A stretch of DNA of 64,000 nt from an uncultured Gammaproteobacteria bacterium (GTDB lineage Bacteria > Patescibacteriota > Patescibacteriia > Magasanikbacterales > GWA2-37-8), in NCBI GenBank assembly GCA_964540825.1, contig CAZINT010000003.1, positions 147,250-211,249 of the forward strand, in the 5' to 3' direction. A program made the translations under genes and the position numbers. A model generated the notes under the pieces. That model ran no database searches. It was not told the DNA's origin and saw only the letters and a program-made list of their open reading frames with translations. The first letter of the stretch is position 1. Each line of letters begins with the position of its first letter. Of the stretch, positions 47,963 through 57,447 are shown piece by piece.

Positions 47963-48349
47963 TTATTCAACCGCTTCAAGGTAAAACCGGGGCTCCTCTT
48001 CGTCTTCGGGTACGTCCGACAGGTCTTCTTCCGAGTTTGCACTCCCGCTTGGGGCAACCCAATCATCGTTAAATTCCAGCTTTTTTTCTGGTTTAGGTGG
48101 TTCGGGTGCTACGGGTGGAGCGGGTTTAGGCACTTCTTCAATTACTTCGTCGCCCCCCTCTTCGTCCCATTGTTCAAAATCCGGCAAGGGGCCGTCTTCA
48201 CCGCCCGGGAGGGCAAAATCCATCAGGTTTTCATACTCATCGAGCCGCATCATGACCAGCACATCTTCGGTTTCTTGATCCAGGACTACCACGCGGTCGC
48301 CGGTTTTGCGTACCAGGCCAATTACACGGTTAATTTGATTTTGTTTCAT
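47963..48349 (-). CDS. Hypothetical highly acidic protein
   Basis: 128 aa, Glu/Asp/Pro-rich C-terminal half. Confidence 0.5.
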   Translation of the reverse strand: MKQNQINRVIGLVRKTGDRVVVLDQETEDVLVMMRLDEYENLMDFALPGGEDGPLPDFEQWDEEGGDEVIEEVPKPAPPVAPEPPKPEKKLEFNDDWVAPSGSANSEEDLSDVPEDEEEPRFYLEAVE

Positions 48350-48488
48350 ACAAATATAAATTGACCAAAAAAGAAGCTCCTCCGACTTTTGGCATTATAA
48401 AACGGTTTTACCGTTTGGTCAAACAGGCTTAAAAATAAAAAAACACCTATGGTTAGGTATTCACTTTTTGCTGTAGGAAGAGAGGGGT

Positions 48489-48522
48489 GGCAACCTCTCT
48501 GACCGAGGTCAGAGAGGTTGCC
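48489..48522. repeat. Perfect 16-bp-stem hairpin at the edge of a G+C-rich insertion
   Basis: ggcaacctctctgacc-ga-ggtcagagaggttgcc. Confidence 0.6.
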
Positions 48523-48770
48523 GAGGTCGCGCGCCGCTGCCGGATACTTCTCCAAGGAGAAGGCCCGCGCCCGCGGTGGACGACGAACTTGATGTCCCAG
48601 TTGCGCTGCCAGCGCCCGGATGAAGGCGATCATCCCAGGGCCCGCAGCAGCAGGAACTTACTTCTAGAAGACCGACATGTAGTGCCGGCGCCGCGGATGT
48701 CTGCACCGAGGTGCAGTTCGCCGCGTCGCCGAGCGCTACAGGTGCCGTGGGTCGCGCCGGCGCAGCTGAG

Positions 48771-48911
48771 TTAGTTGACGATCATGTGCTCGCGGTCGCC
48801 GTCGCCGTTGCCGAGGCTGGAGGTGTTGCCGCCGCGCATGTGGTCGAGGGACAGGCCGCCGCCGAACTTGCGGTTCGAATAGGTGCCCATGTGGCGCATG
48901 TGCTCGTTCAT
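48771..48911 (-). CDS. Candidate 46-aa peptide with extreme GC3 and repeated His-Met motifs
   Basis: ATG..TAA, 45 of 46 sense codons end in G/C; MNEHMRHMGTYSNRKFGGGLSLDHMRGGNTSSLGNGDGDREHMIVN; weak SD. Confidence 0.3.
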   Translation of the reverse strand: MNEHMRHMGTYSNRKFGGGLSLDHMRGGNTSSLGNGDGDREHMIVN

Positions 48912-49083
48912 CGGGAATCTTCTTTCAATTTTTGTTTGTTGTCACCACTCGTTTCCGAGGGTATGAACACCCTGCCACAATCCCCCATTATTGTCAAGCC
49001 TACAGGTGTGGAAAACTTAAAAAGCCTTATTTTTTACTAAAAATAAGGCTTTTTAAAGTTAAGGTAATTTTTTATGTACACTT

Positions 49084-49923
49084 TTACGAATTAAGCAAAG
49101 AAAAACGTAAATTATTAATTTTTTCTCGATGCTCTTCGGGCAAGGCTTCTTTCAAAAACTCTGAGTCCCCCAGCGAACTGGCATCTTTCTTTTTGAAACC
49201 CAATACTTTGAGCGTTCTATTAATTTCTTCCTCGCTCATCCCTTCGATCTCAATCAGCGGCCGTACATAGGGGGCTTGCCGTATCTCAACGACCGCCCCA
49301 TCTAAACTATATTTCGTGTTCTTTTTTTCTCTTACCGATTTACGCGTATATTTCAATGCGGTCAAAAAGGCTTCAATCGCCGGCCTGTTTGTCACGGTGA
49401 CCGGGATCTCTTCACGCTCGGCCAAATGCTTCTTTTTTTTAGTTTCCGTTTTTACCGTTAACGAGACACCGCCCTTTTCTTCTCTTAAGCGAACATTCCG
49501 CTTGGGAAGGGCAGCACTATCTTGAAAAGGTTCAACGGTGATGCGATCGCCATTAATGTGGCGGATGTTGAGCCCAAGCGTCATGAGCGCCTGAAAAAGA
49601 TGAACAATATTTTCATCGCTCCCCTCAAAATCATTCACCGACAGCGCCAGCGAAGCAGGAAGAGTCTCCTTATCCCCCGAGCGTTTATACCTTGAATCCA
49701 CCAAGAGCTGCTCGGGTGCAATAAGCTCGCCTCCCTGAGCGGTAATAGAAGCGCTAATTTCAGCAGGATTAATATTTAACACTTTTGTTTCCAGTTCTAC
49801 CGGGATTTTCTCTTCGCTAGCCCTGATCAAGAGTCGTTCCAGACGCCGAGTTACTTCTTGTTCAGGAGAAAAACTGCGTTCAAGGTGATCCATAGTAAGG
49901 TAAAATAAAACTACCCTCAGCAT
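49084..49923 (-). CDS. Hypothetical protein
   Basis: 279 aa, no motif recognised by eye. Confidence 0.5.
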   Translation of the reverse strand: MLRVVLFYLTMDHLERSFSPEQEVTRRLERLLIRASEEKIPVELETKVLNINPAEISASITAQGGELIAPEQLLVDSRYKRSGDKETLPASLALSVNDFEGSDENIVHLFQALMTLGLNIRHINGDRITVEPFQDSAALPKRNVRLREEKGGVSLTVKTETKKKKHLAEREEIPVTVTNRPAIEAFLTALKYTRKSVREKKNTKYSLDGAVVEIRQAPYVRPLIEIEGMSEEEINRTLKVLGFKKKDASSLGDSEFLKEALPEEHREKINNLRFSLLNS

Positions 49924-49947
49924 ACCATAAGTATTTTAAAAAATAAA

Positions 49948-49981
49948 AAACTCCGCTTCGTAACGGAGTTTTTTATTTTTA
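49948..49981. terminator. Bidirectional terminator 3' of fusA
   Basis: aaaaaactccg-cttcgtaa-cggagttttttattttt. Confidence 0.7.
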
Positions 49982-49993
49982 AGTAGTGCGGAA

Positions 49994-52075
49994 TTATTTC
50001 TGACTGCCGGCAATAATGGTGGCAGCAACATTGTTTGGAACTTCAGCGTAATGATCAAATTCCATACTGTAGCTAGCGCGGCCCTGCGTCATACTGCGAA
50101 GTGATGTGGCATAGCCGAACATACTCGCGAGGGGCACCATAGCTTTCACGACTTTCATCTGACCACGATCAACCATTTCCTGGATCTGACCACGCTTGGA
50201 GTTTAGGTCGCCAATTGAGTCACCCATGTATTGTTCCGGGGTAACCACTTCAACCTTCATGATTGGTTCTAAGATTACTGGGTTAGCTTTGCGGCAAGCT
50301 GCGAGGAATGCCATGGAACCAGCCAATTTGAACGCAACTTCCGACGAGTCAACTTCGTGGTACGATCCATCGTAACACGTTACTTTCATGTTCACGATGG
50401 GGTAGCCAGCCTGAATACCTTTGGTAAGCGTTTCTTTAATACCTTTTTGAATCGCTGGGATGAATTCACGTGGAATAGCACCGCCCTTAACTTCGTCAAC
50501 GAATTCAAAGTCGCCTTTGGTTGGGTCAGTTTGCGGTTCAACGCGGAGCCAGCAATGTCCATACTGACCTTTACCACCCGACTGTTTAACGTACTTGCCT
50601 TCAGCTTCGGCCGATGTACGAATCGTTTCTTTAAACGCTACCTGCGGAGCACCGACGTTTGCTTCTACCTTGAACTCGCGCTTCATGCGGTCAACGATAA
50701 TATCGAGGTGGAGTTCTCCCATACCCGAGATAATCGTCTGGAGGGTTTCTTGGTCAGTATGCACTTTGAAAGTCGGATCTTCTTCAGCAAGCTTAGCCAT
50801 CGCCATACCAATCTTTTCTTGGTCAGCTTTGGTTTTTGGCTCGATTGCCATCGAGATAACTGGTTCAGCGAACGTTGGCGGAATGAGAACGATCGGTTTG
50901 TTTTCATCGCAGAGTGTATCACCCGTGCGCACGTCCTTGAGACCGATCGCGGCAGCGATTTCACCTGCATAGACTTCATTCACATCTTCGCGGCTGTTGG
51001 CGTGCATACGAACGATGCGGCCCATGCGTTCTTTAGTTCCTTTACTCGAATTGTAAATATAGCTGCCGGCAGTTACGACACCAGAATAGACGCGGAAGAA
51101 AATAAGCTTACCGACAAAGGGGTCAGTGGCGACTTTGAAGGCCAAGGCTGAGAAAGCTTCGCTATCACTTGGTTTGCGAGTTTCTTCAGCTTCAGTATCG
51201 GGGTTAGTACCAATAATTTCTGGTACGTCAGTTGGCGCCGGGAGGTAGGCAACCACACCATCAAGCATGAACTGCACACCGATGTTCGCAAGCGCAGAAC
51301 CGCAGAGTACCGGGTACATTGTGCCTTTTAAGACGAGGGTGCGAATAGCAGTTTTGATTTCATCGATGGTGAGCGCTTCACCGTTGAGGTATTTACCCAT
51401 CAATGCGTCATTAGCTTCCGTACATTTTTCAACGAGCTCAGCGCGGTATTTAGCAACCTGTTCTTTCATGTCCTCGGGCATGGGGATCTCAATGATATTT
51501 TGACCCTTATCACCTTCAAATTTAAAAGCTTTTTCTTCAATAACATCAATCAAACCAGAAAAAGTGCTTTCTTGTCCGATCGGCAGCTGAATAGGATATG
51601 CTTCTTTAGAAAGACGTTCTTTAATGGAAGCAAGACTCATATAAAAGTCAGCACCGAGCTTGTCCATTTTGTTAAGAAAAGCAATACGCGGTACTTTGTA
51701 CTTGTCGGCCTGGTGCCAGACAGTTTCACTCTGAGGTTCAACACCCTGAGAGCTGTCAAATACAGCCACAGCGCCGTCAAGGACGCGCAGACTGCGCTCT
51801 ACCTCTACGGTAAAGTCTACGTGACCCGGGGTATCGATAATGTTAATGCGGTGTCCTTTCCAAAAACAGGTCGTAGCAGCGGAAGTAATAGTGATACCAC
51901 GTTCTTTTTCCTGTTCCATCCAGTCCATGGTGGCTTCACCTTCGTGCACTTCACCGATCTTGTGTTTTTTACCGGTGTAAAAAAGCACACGTTCGGTGGT
52001 GGTCGTTTTACCGGCATCAATGTGGGCCATGATACCGATATTACGCGTTTTTTCTAATGAATATTCACGAGGCAT
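49994..52075 (-). CDS. fusA: Elongation factor G
   Basis: 693 aa; [20 protein letters not shown] domains III-V. Confidence 0.97.
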   Translation of the reverse strand: MPREYSLEKTRNIGIMAHIDAGKTTTTERVLFYTGKKHKIGEVHEGEATMDWMEQEKERGITITSAATTCFWKGHRINIIDTPGHVDFTVEVERSLRVLDGAVAVFDSSQGVEPQSETVWHQADKYKVPRIAFLNKMDKLGADFYMSLASIKERLSKEAYPIQLPIGQESTFSGLIDVIEEKAFKFEGDKGQNIIEIPMPEDMKEQVAKYRAELVEKCTEANDALMGKYLNGEALTIDEIKTAIRTLVLKGTMYPVLCGSALANIGVQFMLDGVVAYLPAPTDVPEIIGTNPDTEAEETRKPSDSEAFSALAFKVATDPFVGKLIFFRVYSGVVTAGSYIYNSSKGTKERMGRIVRMHANSREDVNEVYAGEIAAAIGLKDVRTGDTLCDENKPIVLIPPTFAEPVISMAIEPKTKADQEKIGMAMAKLAEEDPTFKVHTDQETLQTIISGMGELHLDIIVDRMKREFKVEANVGAPQVAFKETIRTSAEAEGKYVKQSGGKGQYGHCWLRVEPQTDPTKGDFEFVDEVKGGAIPREFIPAIQKGIKETLTKGIQAGYPIVNMKVTCYDGSYHEVDSSEVAFKLAGSMAFLAACRKANPVILEPIMKVEVVTPEQYMGDSIGDLNSKRGQIQEMVDRGQMKVVKAMVPLASMFGYATSLRSMTQGRASYSMEFDHYAEVPNNVAATIIAGSQK

Positions 52076-52122
52076 AGAAGAAATTTAATGGATAAAAACC
52101 AAAACAAGCTTTGGTTTTTAGC

Positions 52123-52599
52123 TTAGTTGGTAAAGCGAGCAAAGTGAGCAAATGCTTTGTTGGCTTCGGCCATGCGGTGCATATCGTCGCGTTTTTTGAT
52201 CGCGTCGCCAAGTCCTTGCTGAGCATCGATAAGGATGGTGGCAAGTTTCTGGTGCATCGGCTGACCCTTTTTGCTCCGAGCGGCATCAATAATCCAACGG
52301 AAAGAGAGCGCTACCTGGCGTTCACCGCGAACGGGCATAGGGACCTGGTAGTTAGCACCGCCCACGCGGCGGGAGCGAACTTCCACCTGTGGTTGTACAT
52401 TCTTCATTGCTTCTTCGAAGACTTTCAACGGATCTTTCTTAGTCATTTCAGACACAACGTCGAGCGCACGGTACACCACGCCTTGAGCAGTAGTTTTCTT
52501 ACCGCCTTTCATAACGTGATTGATGAATTTAGCTAAGACAAGATTGCCGTATTTAGGATCAGGAAGGATATTTCGTTTTTTGACTGGTTTTCCACGCAT
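52123..52599 (-). CDS. rpsG: 30S ribosomal protein S7
   Basis: 158 aa. Confidence 0.95.
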   Translation of the reverse strand: MRGKPVKKRNILPDPKYGNLVLAKFINHVMKGGKKTTAQGVVYRALDVVSEMTKKDPLKVFEEAMKNVQPQVEVRSRRVGGANYQVPMPVRGERQVALSFRWIIDAARSKKGQPMHQKLATILIDAQQGLGDAIKKRDDMHRMAEANKAFAHFARFTN

Positions 52600-52636
52600 A
52601 AGAGTATTTTAGTAGAAGGAATTTAGAAGAAGCGTT

Positions 52637-53068
52637 TTAGGCCTTTTTAGCAGCTTTCGGACGTTTGTTGCCATACAGACTGCGGCCACGACGACGGCTC
52701 GCTACTCCTTGAGTATCATAAATACCGCGTACGATATGGTAGCGGACACCTGGCAAGTCTTTGACACGGCCACCGCGGATAAGCACGATCGAGTGCTCCT
52801 GGAGGTTATGGCCTTCACCTGGAATATAGGCGATAACTTCAACGCCGTTACTCAAGCGAACTTTGGCGACTTTGCGCAAAGCTGAGTTAGGTTTTTTAGG
52901 AGTGGTGGTATAGACCTTGGTACAAACACCGCGTTTGAAGCTGGTGCCTTTGCGGAAATAAGTCACTTTGCGGTGGAGGTTATCTACCGTAAACTGGAGA
53001 GCCGGAGTTTTGGTCTTCCGTACTTTCGGGGTGCGGCCCTTGCGGATCATTTGGTTTGTTGTTGGCAT
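52637..53068 (-). CDS. rpsL: 30S ribosomal protein S12
   Basis: 143 aa; [10 protein letters not shown]. Confidence 0.97.
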   Translation of the reverse strand: MPTTNQMIRKGRTPKVRKTKTPALQFTVDNLHRKVTYFRKGTSFKRGVCTKVYTTTPKKPNSALRKVAKVRLSNGVEVIAYIPGEGHNLQEHSIVLIRGGRVKDLPGVRYHIVRGIYDTQGVASRRRGRSLYGNKRPKAAKKA

Positions 53069-53204
53069 AGCGTAATTAGATGATTTCAGTCTGTAAACAG
53101 CGGGCAGTTCTAAGCCGCTCCTTGCGTACCGAAACCGATTGATAAATAAAAAAGCAACGTATTACTCCATCAGCCACGATTTTTGGTACGTTCTTGTGAC
53201 GAGA

Positions 53205-53233
53205 ATACTACGTGAATTGCTCGTAGCTGTCAA
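53205..53233 (-). promoter_or_regulatory. Sigma70-like promoter TTGACA-N17-TAGTAT for the rpsL-rpsG-fusA operon
   Basis: Read on the minus strand; about 135-nt leader. Confidence 0.45.
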
Positions 53234-53300
53234 GGGTTTCCCCTGCCATCAACCAGAGGCTGATCATTGGGAAGGGGGCCAGCTGTGGGAAGCTGACCGT

Positions 53301-53591
53301 TTAGGGCTCGGGCGGGGGCGGGACATAGCCAGCCTGGCCCGGCGGAGGCGGGACGATAGGCGGGTGCGTGATGCAGATGTTGCCCCAGATGGGGTGATGC
53401 CACGTCTGGCTGTGCCAGACTGGCGGCAATTGCCGGATGCCGCGACCAGCCATAAAGATCGAAAAAAAGAACACGGTGACCAACACGTATGCTGGCCAGG
53501 TCGGTGCAACGGGCGTTCGGCTTACGACCACACCCGTGGCATGCTCCAGTGCAACCGGCAGCGCTTCCGAGGCGGTTTCAGGAGTCGACAT
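53301..53591 (-). CDS. Small single-pass membrane protein with polyproline C-terminal tail (G+C-rich)
   Basis: Perfect SD AAAGGAGG; TM WPAYVLVTVFFFSIFMAG; tail PPIVPPPPGQAGYVPPPPEP. Confidence 0.5.
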   Translation of the reverse strand: MSTPETASEALPVALEHATGVVVSRTPVAPTWPAYVLVTVFFFSIFMAGRGIRQLPPVWHSQTWHHPIWGNICITHPPIVPPPPGQAGYVPPPPEP

Positions 53592-53706
53592 GATTTCCTC
53601 CTTTTATTCGACGTTATAATGCGGTTTGGAAAAGTATTTGTCAAAGAGGCCATTGACAACGACTCCGCAAGTACAGTAGCGTACGCGTACCGCACTGGAG
53701 GACACT

Positions 53707-54075
53707 ATGAACACCCTCGTCCAACGACTCTCTGGGAATCTCCGAAGCAAGAAAGACTATCCGCTCAATTTTCTAGGGCGACTGCTGCTGTTTCTGGAGC
53801 ACCATCCCGACGGTGACCACGGCGACCCGGAGTGGTTTGCAGCGATCGTCGAAAGCCTCTGGCGCTTCTCGTCCGGAGAGACCACCGGCCTCACGCAGTG
53901 GGCGCAGGAGACACTTCCCTCCTACGACGACATGCGACGCGACTGGCGAGCTCTGCACAACTACCTCAGCGCGTCCCGCCACCGGAACACGGCACCAAGG
54001 GACATCGTGGACGAGCTGCTGACCTGCGCTCGTACGGCCTGTCTGTCGCACAACGCCCGTCTGCTACTGCACTAA
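53707..54075 (+). CDS. Hypothetical soluble protein (G+C-rich), divergent from 53301..53591
   Basis: SD GGAGGA 4 nt before the ATG; 122 aa; G/C-biased third positions. Confidence 0.45.
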   Translation: MNTLVQRLSGNLRSKKDYPLNFLGRLLLFLEHHPDGDHGDPEWFAAIVESLWRFSSGETTGLTQWAQETLPSYDDMRRDWRALHNYLSASRHRNTAPRDIVDELLTCARTACLSHNARLLLH

Positions 54076-54313
54076 CAGACACTAACCCACCCTACCCTCT
54101 CCTCTCTCAACCCCTGCCCTTTCCTTGCTGCTTAATTTTATTAAGCCCCAAGGATAGCAGGGGTTTTGTTTTTATAATAAAAACGCTCTATCCCAGATAG
54201 GATAAAGCGCCCGGCACGGAACATTCTAAAGAAGAATGGTACATGAAGGTCGGCCCGCAGCGAAGAGCGCTGACGGGCGTAGGATGCAGAACAGAAGATG
54301 GAGAGTCCGTCTT

Positions 54314-54421
54314 TTATCCGCAGCAGAGCAGATAGAAAATCCCACCCAGGAGTACGGCGGCCTTGAGAACGGCCACCGAGGTCAGGTTGATCTGGATTTC
54401 CTTGGAGAAGATGATAAGCAC
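54314..54421 (-). CDS. Candidate 35-aa hydrophobic peptide
   Basis: SD AGGAGG 7 nt before GTG; MLIIFSKEIQINLTSVAVLKAAVLLGGIFYLLCCG; overlaps a weaker plus-strand ORF. Confidence 0.25.
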   Translation of the reverse strand: MLIIFSKEIQINLTSVAVLKAAVLLGGIFYLLCCG

Positions 54422-54760
54422 GTGCGTGCCTCCTTGTTGAGCGTTGATCCCAAAACAGATAAAAAACCAATGTATCCGGAAGGTATAGACAGATTATCCT
54501 GTCCATACCATACATTTTTTCTCTGACTGTTTCAGGAACGTTGCGCGACTTTTTTCTCTTCTCATTATAATGAACGATGCTTCCTTATTTTTCACTATTT
54601 GAATTTCAGGAAGATCAGTATGATACCTGTTTTTTTTATTTTTGTCAACAGAATTTCTTTTACGCATATTATAAGATGGTTAATTTTGGCTAAAACAAAG
54701 CAACCGAGTCTTGACAAAACCTCTAAAATGCGCTAGGGTGTTTCGTTGTTCTTTACCTTG

Positions 54761-54808
54761 TTTTCTAGCTGAAAAGGCAGTTAAAAACTCTCTTTTCAGC
54801 TAGAAAAC
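54761..54808. promoter_or_regulatory. Perfect 16-bp inverted repeat between a TTGACA-N17-TAGGGT promoter and the SD of gene 54835 (candidate operator)
   Basis: ttttctagctgaaaag ... cttttcagctagaaaa. Confidence 0.4.
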
Positions 54809-54834
54809 CACACTTTTTAGGGGGTACAACACCA

Positions 54835-55224
54835 ATGTTCAAGCAAAATATCGTCGAAACGTCCGCCAAGACCGCCATCTTCGCCTCGCTGGTGATTGGG
54901 GCGCTGATTGCCGCGGGCGGCCTCGCCACCCCGGAGTTCCAGCTGCTGGCTGGAGTCCAGCTCGTGAGCGCAGCGCTTCTCGCCTGCCTCAAGCTCAACC
55001 AGGCAAAACGCACCGAGCTGTACAGTTTCGATCTGTACGACCTCACGTGCACGATCGTGATCGGCTTTTTGACGCTCATGAACGTGCTGGCGGGCAGCAT
55101 TTTCGAAAGCTGCCTCATGCTGCCCTGCCTCGGCCTGGCCGCGGTCGGCTTGGGGCTCTACAGCTTCAGCTGGCTCCGCGAGCTGAAGCATCGCGAGCAC
55201 TTCGGCGCTGAGCGGCAAAGATAA
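54835..55224 (+). CDS. Hypothetical 4-TM membrane protein (G+C-rich)
   Basis: SD AGGGGGT; 129 aa with four hydrophobic helices. Confidence 0.5.
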   Translation: MFKQNIVETSAKTAIFASLVIGALIAAGGLATPEFQLLAGVQLVSAALLACLKLNQAKRTELYSFDLYDLTCTIVIGFLTLMNVLAGSIFESCLMLPCLGLAAVGLGLYSFSWLRELKHREHFGAERQR

Positions 55225-55348
55225 CAAATACCGGACGCCTGGCACTCCGCCAGACGTCCGAGTCTTCATTCTGCAGATCACTTGCGTGGTAAACAGAAGA
55301 AAAAAAATAACCCCGATACTCGGGGTTATTTTTTATACGCATCAATAC

Positions 55349-57370
55349 TTATAAATCATCGATGCTACGCAGAAAACTTCCCGGCTTAATTTTAAATTCT
55401 TCATCTTCATCCACATACCGAATGTCGCTGGTCGGGTCATTAAGCACTGTTGTGTTCACTGACAAAAGCGCATGATCGTCGTAAAGTTCAGGATTTACCT
55501 CCTCAAGGAGCATGCTCGGGCCCGCTAAAAAATCTCCGTAACTCCCGCTTGCCAAGGGGTAGGTCAAAAATAATTTTTGTTTCGCGCGCGTGATTGCTAC
55601 GTAAAATAATCGGCGTTCTTCTTCGAGTCCATGCTCTTCCTGGAGCGACCGGTCGTTCGGGAAGGCGCCGCGGGCGAGATTCACAATAAAAACATATTCC
55701 CATTCCAAACCCTTGGCTTGGTGAATTGTGGACAGCACAATTTTGTCTTTGGGGTCTGTCGCCTGTACGGTTGTGCTGGTCGCCGCACTAAATGATTCTT
55801 GCAATGTTGTTTCCGACAAAAAGGTATTCAGGTCGTCATATTTTTCCGCAAATGATTTCAGCTCTTCAATATCTGCTAGTCGATCGCGACTATCAATATA
55901 TTCTGTTTCTAAGTACTCACGGTATGGAGATTTCAAAATTACTTCGACCATACTACTCGGATCTTTTTCGGACAAAGTATAGAGTCCGTTCCAGATGGTC
56001 ATAAAATTATTCCACCCCGCGAGCGCTTTGCTGCTAAGAATGCTTGCCCCCAGTCCTTCCAAATTATCGAGTGAATCAAGCTGACGAATCGCCACAATCA
56101 GTTTATCTGCTGCAGCGGGGCCAATACCATCTTCGCGCAAGAGTATGCGGAGCCACGCCGCCGTATCAACCGGGTTATCAATCACACGCAAATAGGCCAG
56201 GACGTCTTTGATATGCGCGCGTTCAAAAAACCGAAGGCCCCCACGGTATTCATACAAAATTCCCGACCGCGATAATTCCAATTCGAGTCGCTGGGAATGA
56301 TGCGAAGCGCGAAATAAAACAGCGATTTCATGGGCTGGTGTGCCGGCGTCAAGAAGTTCAGTTATTTTCTTCACAACAAAACTCGCTTCACTTCCCTGGT
56401 CAATCTGCGGCCGCAATTCTGGACGATCGCCTTCGTTTTTAATTGTACGAAGTTGTTTTTGATACTGCTTGGTATTATTTGCAATTACTTGATTCGCGAG
56501 TTCCAGAATCGGCGCGACCGATCGGTAATTGGTTTCAAGTTTAAAAATTTTTGCCTCTGGGTAGTCTTGTTCAAATTCCAAAATATTATTAATATCGGCC
56601 CCGCGAAATGAATAAATACTTTGCGCATCGTCGCCAACGACTAATAAATTTTTGTGCACTGATGCCAGACGATTAATGAGCGACGCCTGTAATTTATTGG
56701 TATCCTGGTATTCATCAACTAAAATATACTTAAATTGCTCGGCATATTTTTTGCGCACGTCGGGTTGATTCAAAAGCACAGCTGCATTATACAAAAGGTC
56801 GTCAAAATCCATGGCGTTCCCCGCTTTCTTTTTTTGTTCATATTCTCGCCCGACATTTTGAATATCTTCGGCGAGTGCTAGCCACGATGGATATTTAAGT
56901 TCCAACACTTCTTCCAAAGCCATTTCAGTATTTTTGGCGTAACTTAGAATCGACAAAAGCACACTGGCTGACGGAAACTTCTTACTCACTTGTTTTACAT
57001 TTTTAACACACGTTTTAATAATGGCGTGGCTATCATCGCTATCAAGCACGCTAAAATTATTTTTGTACCCCAAAAGAACCGCGTGAATTTTAAGCAGCCG
57101 ATACGCAATATGATGAAATGTACCCGACCACGGCAATTTTGTGCCCGTCAAAGATTCAAGACGTTCGTTCATTTCGCGCGCTGCTTTGTTGGTAAAGGTA
57201 ACCAAAAGAATTTGAGAAGGATTAATGCCTTGTTCCAAGAGGTACGCAACGCGATACGTAATCGTGCGCGTCTTGCCACTTCCCGCTCCGGCCAGCACTA
57301 AACACGGGCCGTCCCCGCCGCGAATAACGTCGAGCTGTTCACCGTTTAATTCACGATCAAAATTGATCAT
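55349..57370 (-). CDS. UvrD/PcrA-family ATP-dependent DNA helicase
   Basis: Walker A AGAGSGKT, UvrD-family motifs; start set at the ATG (MINFD) rather than the upstream GTG. Confidence 0.85.
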   Translation of the reverse strand: MINFDRELNGEQLDVIRGGDGPCLVLAGAGSGKTRTITYRVAYLLEQGINPSQILLVTFTNKAAREMNERLESLTGTKLPWSGTFHHIAYRLLKIHAVLLGYKNNFSVLDSDDSHAIIKTCVKNVKQVSKKFPSASVLLSILSYAKNTEMALEEVLELKYPSWLALAEDIQNVGREYEQKKKAGNAMDFDDLLYNAAVLLNQPDVRKKYAEQFKYILVDEYQDTNKLQASLINRLASVHKNLLVVGDDAQSIYSFRGADINNILEFEQDYPEAKIFKLETNYRSVAPILELANQVIANNTKQYQKQLRTIKNEGDRPELRPQIDQGSEASFVVKKITELLDAGTPAHEIAVLFRASHHSQRLELELSRSGILYEYRGGLRFFERAHIKDVLAYLRVIDNPVDTAAWLRILLREDGIGPAAADKLIVAIRQLDSLDNLEGLGASILSSKALAGWNNFMTIWNGLYTLSEKDPSSMVEVILKSPYREYLETEYIDSRDRLADIEELKSFAEKYDDLNTFLSETTLQESFSAATSTTVQATDPKDKIVLSTIHQAKGLEWEYVFIVNLARGAFPNDRSLQEEHGLEEERRLFYVAITRAKQKLFLTYPLASGSYGDFLAGPSMLLEEVNPELYDDHALLSVNTTVLNDPTSDIRYVDEDEEFKIKPGSFLRSIDDL

Positions 57371-57447
57371 ACTAAAAAAAATTCTATAGTTGTCATAACG
57401 TACCACGGCTTGCCAACCCGGGCAAGATAGCTTAGTATTGTGCTCGT

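Noticed and set aside
53139-53816. 225-aa plus-strand ORF upstream of rpsL
   Set aside because: It spans the rpsL promoter and leader and lies antisense to the well-supported gene 53301..53591; it has no RBS.
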